Assembly (NCBI GenBank): GCA_009914755.4
Contig: CP068257.2
Location: forward strand, 17,216,001-17,280,000
DNA from: the human T2T-CHM13v2.0 reference genome, Homo sapiens
Direction: 5' to 3'
Length of the DNA: 64,000 nt
The position numbers were made by a program, and so were the translations under genes. Shown piece by piece: positions 55,060 to 64,000 of this stretch (within the stretch, counting starts at the first letter, position 1; every line of letters begins with the position of its first letter). The notes beneath the pieces are model-generated. The model made no database searches and had not been told where the DNA came from. It saw nothing but the letters and a program-made list of their open reading frames with translations.

Positions 55060-58000
55060 CTTGTTAATGTCCTTATTCTTTCAGATTGAAGGACTCCCTT
55101 TAGCTTGCCTTGTAGTACAGGTCTAGCATTGATGAAATCCCTCAGCTTTTGTTTGTCCAGAAAAGTTTTTATTTCTCCTTAATGCTTGAAGGATACTTTC
55201 ACTGGATATAACATTCTAGAATTAAAGGATTTTTTTGTCAGCACTTCAAATATGTCTGCCACTGTCTCCTGGGCTGTCAGCTTTCCACTGAGAATTCTGC
55301 TGCCAGAAATATTGGAGTTCCTCTGTATGTTATTTGTTTCTTTTCTCCTGCTGCTTAGAATTCTTTCTTTATCCTTGACCTTTGGGAGTTTGATTACTAA
55401 ATGTCTTGAGGTAATCTTATTTCGGTTAAATATGTTTGGCATTCTATAAATGTCTTTTGTTGAAATGTTGATATCTTTCTCTATGTTTAGGAAGTTCTCT
55501 GTTCTTATCCCATTTCTACTTTCTATCCTGATCAATCTGTCTACCTCCTCTTTAAGATTAGTAACTCTCAGATTTGCCCTATTGAGGCTGTTTTCTAGAT
55601 CTTGCAGGTGTGCATCATTCTGTTTTCTTTTGTTTCCTCTGTGTACTTTCAAACAGACTGTCTTCAAGCTCACTAACTAATTATTTCTTGTGCTTGATCA
55701 ATTCTGCTGTTAAGAGACTCTGATGCATTGTTTAGTATGTCAATTGCATTTTTCAGCTCCTGGATTTTTGTTTGTTTTTTTTTTTTTATAATTTCAATCT
55801 CTTTGTGAAATGTATCTGATGGAATTCTGAATTTCTTCCCAGTGTTATCTTGAATTTCTTTGAGCTTCCTCAAAACAACTATTTTGAATTATCTGTATAA
55901 AAGGGCATCTATTTCTTTCTCTCTTGGATTGTTTACTGGTGCCTTATTTAGTTCGTTTGGTGAGATCATGTTGTCATGGATGACCTTGATGCTTGTGAAT
56001 GTTTGTCAGCATTGAAGAGTTAGATATTTGTGGGCCTTGAAGAGTTAGGTATTTATTATAATTTTTGCAGTCTGGGCTTATTTTACCTGTTCTTTCTAGA
56101 AAGGCTTTCCACATATTCGAAGGGGCTTGATTATTGTGATCTACATCTTTGGTCACTGCAGCCGTATCTGCATTAGGGGGCACCACGAACCCAGTAATGT
56201 TGTGGCTCCTACAGACTCAAAGATGTCCTGCCTTGTGTAGGTCTTGTGTAAGATCTAGGAGAATTCCTTGATTATCAAGCAGAAACTCTTGTTCTCTTCC
56301 CTTACTTTTCCCCAAACAAATGGAGTCTCCTTCTCTGTGATGAGCTGCTTAGAGCTGTGAGTGGGATGACACAAACACACCTGTAGCTACCACCACTGGG
56401 ACTGTGCTGGGTCAGACACAAAGCCAGCCTAATGGTCTTGCCTAAGGCCAACAATGACCACTGCCTGGCTACTGCCAACGTTTATTCAAAGCCCAAGGTC
56501 TCTACAATCAGCAGGTGGTGAATCATCCAGGCTTGTTTCCTTCCTGTCAGGGCAATGAATTCCCCCCTGGTTAAAGATGGGCCTGTATATGCCAACTGGG
56601 AGTCAAGGCTTCAAGTCAGGAACCTTAGGAAACCTGGTGCTCTATTCTACTGTAGGTGAGCTGGTCCTCAAGACACAAGAAAAAGTCCTTTGCACTCTTC
56701 CCTCATCTTTCTTTAAGCAGAGGAGCCTCACCCTGTGGTGACCACTGCCCCGGGCCTGCAGTGAGTAGTGCCTGGATACTGACAATGTTCCCTTAAGGCT
56801 CCAAAACTCTTGAGTCAGCTTGTAGTAGTTGCTGCTATTCCTGAGTCTGTCTCTTTGAGGGAGTGGGCTTCTCTGTGGCCCAGAGAAGATCCAGAAATGT
56901 CATCCAGGAGTCAAGGCTTAGAATGGGGAACCCTAGGAGTCAGCTTGGTGCTGTACCACACTGTGGTCAAGCTGGTACCCAAGCTGCCATACAAAATCCT
57001 CTTTACTCTTCTTTTTCCTTTCTGATTGCAGAAGGAGTCTCTCCTTGTAGCCACCACAGCTTAAAATGCACTGCATAACACCTGAAACCAGCACAGCATT
57101 GAGTCTCACCCAAGGGCCTGTGGTGCACACTGCCTGACTATCACTATTGATTATTCAGTGCCAACGGGCTCTTAAATCAGCAGATGATGAATTCTGCCAG
57201 GATTGGGTCCTTCCCTTCAAGGCAGTGGTTTCCCTTCTGGCCCAGGGAGTGTTTAGAAATGTCATCTGGGAGTTAGGGCCTGGAATGGGGGACTCAGGAC
57301 TCTGCCTGGTGCCCTGTTCTTCTGTGGCTGAGCTGGTATCTAAATTGTAAGAAAAAGTCCTCTTTATTGTCCCCTCTTCTCTCCTCATCCAGAGGGAAGG
57401 AGTCTCCCAGAGCTGCCAGTTGCACTATGTGGGGCTGAGAGGGATGATACAAGTACTCCCTTAGCCACCCTGGCTGTTGTCTCGCTATGTCACATACGGC
57501 ACAAGTCCACAAGCTCTGAGTCCAGCACAGCACCAAGACTTGCCCAGAAAGTGTAGTCCCTGTGGCGTAGACAGCCTTCCAAGTTCATTTAGGATCCCAG
57601 AGCTCATCATTCACCAGTGGTGGCAGGGCTTGCTGGAACTCAGTTTCCAACCACTGGGATGGGTGATTTCCCTCTGGCTAGGGCTGGGCTGCCGGCTCCC
57701 TCCACTGGCACTTGCTGAGTTCTATTTCATGCTGCTTTCCACTGCTACAGGCAGCACATAGAGTTCCAATGCAAAGTCCCACATCACTGCTCTTTCCCTC
57801 CCCTAAGTGCTCAGATTCTCTTTCTGTACCATACAACTTTGCTGGAAACCTGGTGAGGGGTGGTGTAAGCCGTTCAAGATGGTCTTTCCCAGCATCTTCT
57901 CGGCCTCTTTCCTTAATATGATGTTAAAACCAGGTACTGTGATCACTCACCTGATTTTTGGATCTTATAAAGTTTCTTATAAAGGTTTTTTTTGTGTGTA

Positions 58001-58090
58001 TGTGGATAGTTGTTCAATTTGGTATTCTTACAATGCAGACAGTTGTTGGAGGCTTCTGTTTGTCCATCCTGCTCTGCTTCCTCCCAACGT
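55060..58090 (-). mobile_element. Ancient L1 5' portion (ORF2 start, ORF1 and 5'UTR-like region), antisense
   Basis: Segments at 55060-55200 and 55700-56100 are collinear with the young L1 inter-ORF/ORF1 region in reverse complement. The ORF at 55179..55673 is L1 ORF1-like. Confidence 0.7.
55179..55673 (-). pseudogene. Ancient L1 ORF1p remnant (164-codon open stretch)
   Basis: ...SRHLVIKLPKVKDKERILSSRRKE... parallels the L1 ORF1p RHIIVRFTKVETKEKMLRAAREK region. It is truncated and diverged. Confidence 0.7.
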
Positions 58091-59810
58091 AAAAACATTT
58101 TAACGTCCAAAATTAGTTAACGGTAGTAAAGGAAAAACCCAAGACAAGTTAAATTTAACAGAGTTTATTTGAGCAGAAAAAAAAATGGTTCAGGAACAGT
58201 GTAGCACTCAGGATAAAAAGCAGTTCAGAGAGCTCTGTTCCGCAAGGAGTTCATGCACATGTACAGAAAGAGAAATGGAAATGACCTACAGAAATAGCCT
58301 GATTGCATTCAGTTTAGCTTTTGCCTTATTTGGGCATGTTGTGGTAGCTGTCAGCCTATGATTGGCTGAAGGTTTGGCTATTAAGAGTGGCTGAGAATAG
58401 GCTACTTGTTACAAGAGTATACACTCAGGTTAGGTTGCAGTTTGTTTACACATTAAGTTAGGTAATAATTCACTATGTATGGAGGTAGCTTTCCGCCAAA
58501 CAATAGTTAGTAGTAAATAACAATAGTAATAAGGAGCAATACTTAATATTGCCTTGTCTATTTCATGATTTGCTTAGAACCTGCTCTCAATCAAACAAAT
58601 TAAAGGCATTTTTCTCACTATGATTTGCATATTAAAACATTCTAAAAAATAAATGTTGGCATTTGGAAGCTGTTTGCAAGAAAAATTAGAATTTCAAATT
58701 TATATCTTTCTTACATTTCAAAGATGCGTAATAAAAGTTAGTTGTGAGCAGTTCCAATTTAGGTCTCTATTCTTCCTCTTCTCTCATCTTTTTTTTTTTT
58801 TATGATCAACTATATTCCTCCATTTTTTTCCCTCCATAAACTGAGAACAATTTCAAGTTTATTTTCTGCACCACACATTTCATTTTTCCTACAAATGTGA
58901 ATGTGGTAAATCTTAATTATGTTGTCTTTCTGAGTTCCTTACAATCTGTCCTAATCACATCCACCTCTATTTTTGTATCTGTAGAATTATCTTGTTGTTT
59001 TTCTCAGAAAGCCTAAGATTTTTTTAAAATTAAACTAAAGGAAAAATAGATAATTCTTTAAACCTTTTTTTCAAACATTTATATAATTGTCTTCCATTGT
59101 ATTTGCTATTTTTTTTCCTAGAGTTTGAGTTTGTTTGTTTTGTTTGTTTCCACTGGATGAAAGATGCAAGCTGGATTTGTGGACTGTCCTTGAATCTGCA
59201 ACCCCATTCCTGTGCCCCCGGGTTGCTGGGCTTCCTGACTCTGTATTGTAAACTTAAATGGTCAGTTCATAAATTCTCCCTGAGAGAAATGATAAGAAAT
59301 AAAATATGGAGATTTCCACAAGAGAGGTAGGGAGGTTAACCTATATGCTGATATTTTCTGTGGGCCTCATTATTTCTCTTTTTCTTTCTCTCCTTGTATA
59401 TACACATTATTTATATATGTTACATATATTATGCAATATATTATTCATGTTGTGTGTGTGTGTATGTGTATATATATATGTTCACTGCTCAATCCAGCTT
59501 AGTGCTCTTGCTTGAAAGATACATGTAATTTATGAAACATTATCTTAGCTTTACAAATCAGTATAATCATTAATTTAGTAGCATAATAACAATTGGAGAG
59601 ATCTGATTCCTGCCACTACAAGCTCCCTGCCCTCACTTAGGGCAAAGACTACCTCAGACATGGATGTACTTTGTGTCTAGGTGTACTCTGAGATATGCAA
59701 GCAGCTCAGCACAGAGTTTGGGATGCTCCAATTAAATGTAAAGGAGATTTTACTGTAGATAAAAGTTCTTGTTCTTCTTTACCTTATACTCACCCTATAC
59801 TTCTTTACCT

Positions 59811-60223
59811 TTTACTCACATAAAGGAAAAGAGAGGACTGGTTTCTTGTTCAACTACTATGGCAGTATTAGTTTGATGGAGTAATGTCGCTTGTAGAAGC
59901 TGTGTAGAAAAATATGTAGCACAATAAACATGCTACAAGGCTTGTTAATGTATGTGTGGAAAATGTTCATTCAGACTGTTTCTGGATGAACTGGTTGTTC
60001 TGCTGCAGAGCCTCATCCTTCCTCAGTCACAGCACATTTGGTGATGGCCTGGAAGGCTTCTTTAAACATTTTCCACACATACATTAACAAGCCTTGTAGC
60101 ATGTTTATTGTGCTACGTATTTTTCTACACAGCTTCTACAAGTGACATTACTCCATCCAACCTCTACTGCCACAGTAGTTGAACAGGTAACCAGTCCTCT
60201 CTTTTCCCTTATGTGAGTGAAAG
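59811..60223. repeat. Long inverted repeat: about 157-bp arms (59811-59967 and 60065-60223) around a 97-bp spacer, with roughly 91% arm identity
   Basis: The reverse complement of arm 1 (atgaacattttccacacatacattaacaagccttgtagcatgtttattgtgctacatatttttctacacagcttctacaag...) aligns base for base with arm 2 (aacattttccacacatacattaacaagccttgtagcatgtttattgtgctacgtatttttctacacagcttctacaag...). Mismatches cluster in the spacer-distal halves. Confidence 0.9.
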
Positions 60224-61744
60224 TATTATTTCTCAAAGGCAAAGTCTTGCTATATATACAAACAATACATAATAAAATGATAATATTTTAGCATTTTAGT
60301 TGTCTGCATCTGTATTTACATGTACAATGACACCACAGTTTCGTTTTTTATTTCTCCCAGGAAAAATACGAGGTTATTTTATAATTTTTCTGTTAAAAAA
60401 GATTCCATTTTGAAAGTATTTCCAAAATAAGGGAATCTGTCCTGAAGATAAACTGTTGAGATTGAAAATCCGAATGACTAACAACTTTAAAAAAAAATTC
60501 TGCTAAAAAAGTAACATGTCATATCACAACCTCTACCTACATGCCCATCGTATCCATATATCTGTCTGTCTTCCCTCTGGCTTCAGTGACACATGTCACA
60601 CGTGTCTCTCAGGGAAGGAGGTGGTGGCTGTGGAGATGGGGGCAGCATTCTTTCTTGTTTTTGCTGTCTAGCCTGACTTCTCTTGTGGACACATTATGGC
60701 TATGCATTGCCACTGGCTGGGCTTCTGCCTACTGCATCAAGGAGGAGCCTCTACTGGTTATAACTGCAAGGACAATCAGAGAGGTGCTACGTTGGAATTC
60801 CACGGGTATACAGTCATAAATTGCAATTTAAATAAAAGCGTTTCAGTGCCTACAAGACCCAGGCTCCAAATTGAGGGCTTTGGGGTGATGGGGATCTTCT
60901 TCTGCTTGTTTCTTTTTTACTTAAACCACATTGGAAGGTAAGAATTTTCAGGAGGAAAAACATTGTCTTACTTCCGTGTTGCCCACCTGCTCTGTATTTT
61001 AGCTGAACTTCCTAACCATGGTGTGTGGAAGGTACCATCCGTGATTTGGGGCTGGACTTGGTTTTCTGATGCCCTTTATAGGTCTAGAGATTTCAGTGTG
61101 ACCCAGATGTCAGGGCAAGGATGGGGAAGTACTTTGTCTGGAATAACTTCATGAGTGGCTGCAGAAAACAGCCTACAAAGGAGTGCTCCAAACCATCCAA
61201 AGATCGGGCCGTTTGAGATTCCAAAGAAGCACAAAACACCTGGTTGACCAGACCAAAGCATTTATTACACAGTCTGCAGCAATCCTCTAGAAGACAGCGA
61301 GAGAAATGCACGTTCTACCTAAATACAGCTCTAGTGAGGGAGGTCCAGTTATGGCATATTCAGGAAGGTTTAAGAAATTTGGCTCAGGGCCAAGGCCAGT
61401 TTCTTTCAGTGCTTTGGGCAAAAACCTAGATAACTTTATCAGTGCCTGGGAATGTTTGAGATCTCGGTTTTGTTTGAAGCTTACTGGGAAAAATCTAAAG
61501 TTGGCTGGGTCACAGAGCTGTCAAAGCATTCTGTGATTTTGCATCAGGAGAAAGAAAAAAGACAGGGGAAACTGGGAGACCCTGCCAAGAAACTAGACAC
61601 ACGTGTTCGCATTGCTTGCAGGCAGTCTTCTAGATTGGAATGAATCTTTTTTGATATTAGCTAAAAAGCCGGTAATCATTCACTTTCAATTATAGTAAAG
61701 AAAGTTGACTGAGGTAATACTGCAATGGTTCCAAGTTAAGCCGA

Positions 61745-61870
61745 ACATATTATAACATCTTGTGCAGTTGACTTGGTGCTTGATCCTTAGTTTCTTCATC
61801 TGTAAAAGGGATAGGATAATAACAGTATAAGTCTCAATGGGCTCTTGCAAAAATGGAAAACAAAGCAAAA
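61745..61870 (+). mobile_element. Possible MIR (ancient tRNA-derived SINE) core fragment
   Basis: cttagtttcttcatctgtaaaagggataggataataacag resembles the MIR core ...cagtttcctcatctgtaaaatggggataataata. The match is weak. Confidence 0.35.
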
Positions 61871-64000
61871 CATATCGATAGTATAAAAAATACGAACAGG
61901 TCTGGCATACATTAAATTTATATATTCTTTTTCTTCCTCTACCCTACTTTTTCATTATTATCATTACAATTATAAACAAAATAAAACCCTAAGTCTTGCA
62001 ACCGAATAAGCAGACCCCATCTTGGCCAAAGGGATCCCAAAGAAACCTTAAAAATTAATTCCTAGTCATGATGGGATGGAAGGTCAGATAGGCCTCACCC
62101 ACATTATACCCACTCCCTTTTCCAGACATTGACCGGCATTTGTGTTAAAATAGAGATCGTTAGACTGACAGAATGGACTCTTTGTGTCAATAAGATGCCA
62201 AATTATAAATAAGACCTAAGACCATGCCAGGCAAGGGTAAAGTCACACACCCTTACACTTAAAGAATAAACTATGTACTAACTGCCATAGGTTTTTGTTT
62301 TGTTTTGTTTCTCTGGTAGCTAGGCAAGCACTGGCCTAAGACAAGCAATATTAAAACAATTTGCAGCCCAGCCACCACCAGACATAGACCCGCAGCCTGT
62401 GTTCTGCAAGCCATAACTGCAGCTTTGATTGGACAAGAGACTGGTATCAGTCACTTTCTCGTGATAAGACCACTAACTATGGACTGATTCCAGCCAGTTT
62501 ACAGAGGGTGCACACTTGAGCCCCTTTGTATCCTGAAAAGACCTTTTATATGGATAGGGGCTAATTGTATACCTTTAAATGATAAGTCTTGGGTGAACAT
62601 GGGTGTTATGTAACCTGCATGTTTATTCAGTACACATGTGTTAGGACCACCTTCATGAATATTCATAGCTGCTCCTATAATCTGTTGAATATATATGTTT
62701 AGCCAGCCCATTTCGCATAAAGCTACCTCCCCAATGCCTCCTCCTTCAAAGTGTCTGCTGACAGCTAAAGGCCACACTTCCCAACCTGTCAGGAGGGCCA
62801 CCTTGTAGGTGGTAAACCTTTATATAAAATAAAATCTTCTTTCCAAATTTATAAATTGTCTGAATTTTTTTAAGTTAGCACATGTGTGAGTACTATAATT
62901 ATCAATGGCTTGAGCACTTAGATGAGTGAGGCCACTCAAACTGAATTCAGAATTCAAACTACTTCACTATTCTAATCTCATAGCAGTTATATAATTCCAG
63001 ATTAAACAGAGGAAAAGCGTTAATACCATCTATATTTTAGTATTTTTGATGTACTAGTCCACTGTGTATCAGTCTTTTTAAATTAATTCACTCCAGTCTT
63101 CCCAGCCTTCTCTAAAGAAAAGACAAAGTGGACAAATGGTAAGATTGAGGCTTAGCAGGGGGTCAGTAGCGGGTGCTTGTGCTGGTTCAGATCATACTCC
63201 TGGATTTGAACCCAGCTCTACTACTTATTTTCTATGTAAATTTGGGCAAGTAACTAAAAATCTATATGGCTCGATCATCTTTTATAAGTCAGAGAATAAT
63301 AGCCCATACCTTAATGAGTTACAGGAAAATTTAACAAGGTAATCATTAATCACTGAACCTAGAGGCTGGCACATGAATTTAGTTTAACAAATGGCTGTTA
63401 TTCTTTCATTAGGAATATTATTAGTGATTAAAATTTTGAATAAATCAGGGCTTTAAGCTTATGCTGCCACTTAACAATCCTTTTAAAATTTCTCGTAATT
63501 TCTCTAGTCTCTGTTAGCCATGAGGTTTGCCCCAGATTTTCACCCAGGGACAGGGGAAGATGACCACTCCCATCCCTTCCAGCCAGAATAAGTTTTAAAG
63601 GAATGATGAGAGGCCAAGATAAAATTGTGTGTGAAAAACATCTTGTTAATCAACTAACCTAGAAATTATTTATATGAACCTTAATATGCGTGTGTGTGTG
63701 CATGAATATAATGTAAAAACTGTACATATCTTAATTTTTTCTACATAAGTTGAAACATTAAAGCAATGAATTACTTTCAGGGTTAAATTACAAGTATATC
63801 CCAGATTCATCTTATATATATAGTTGTTTAATCACATTACAAGTTATTCTAAATAATTTATTGAGTTTTTAAAGATTCAACTAGTTAGAACGTGCAAATC
63901 AGCCAGGTTACTTTCCGGAAGACATTATGAAATCACTAATATATGGATGTGCCAATTGTTCATACTTTGAGATTTAACATTCAATACCATTTTCTAGAGG

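Noticed and set aside
56810-58103. Cluster of overlapping 65-100 aa ORFs on both strands in a relatively GC-rich block
   Set aside because: The block is the 5'UTR-like region of an ancient antisense L1 (55060-58090). The ORFs overlap one another and show no homology I recognise.

Overview
This 64 kb window is primate, almost certainly human, nuclear DNA. It is AT-rich, gene-poor, and dominated by interspersed repeats. I see no prokaryotic-type system (operon, CRISPR, defence island) and would not claim one. Nine Alu copies or fragments, several with intact target-site duplications (TSDs), establish the primate origin. I recognise no convincing cellular protein-coding exon, tRNA or rRNA. Every long ORF is retro-element derived. 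The ORF track accepts GTG/TTG as start codons (for example the ORF at 1337 begins on GTG), so most 60-120 aa calls are spurious.

Main content:
1. An intronless cyclophilin A (PPIA) processed retrocopy with a fully intact 165-codon ORF, poly-A tail and 15-bp TSD (1358-2145).
2. A roughly 14 kb composite of an old minus-strand L1 that has served as a landing pad for at least six later insertions: a MaLR (THE1/MST-type) solo LTR, an AluS, a processed 3'UTR-like retro-insert, another Alu, a second MaLR LTR, and a young full-length L1PA-type element.
3. That young L1 (6,051 bp, 13622-19672, minus strand) has a perfect 14-bp TSD, an intact 1275-aa ORF2 (endonuclease/reverse transcriptase), an ORF1 inactivated by one 1-nt deletion plus a nonsense change, and an intact antisense ORF0-like ORF in its 5'UTR.
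4. An autonomous-length hAT/Charlie-type DNA transposon relic (24942-27614) with decayed transposase ORFs.
5. A MER2 (Tigger-type) element with TA TSDs, further L1 fragments, two (GT)n microsatellites, and a palindromic minisatellite.
6. A roughly 410-bp ancient long inverted repeat (hairpin-capable) at 59811-60223.

The most biologically interesting items are the nested, ORF2-competent but ORF1-dead L1 with preserved ORF0, the intact CypA retrocopy, and the long inverted repeat. All family and subfamily assignments are from my own recognition of consensus sequences, not database searches.
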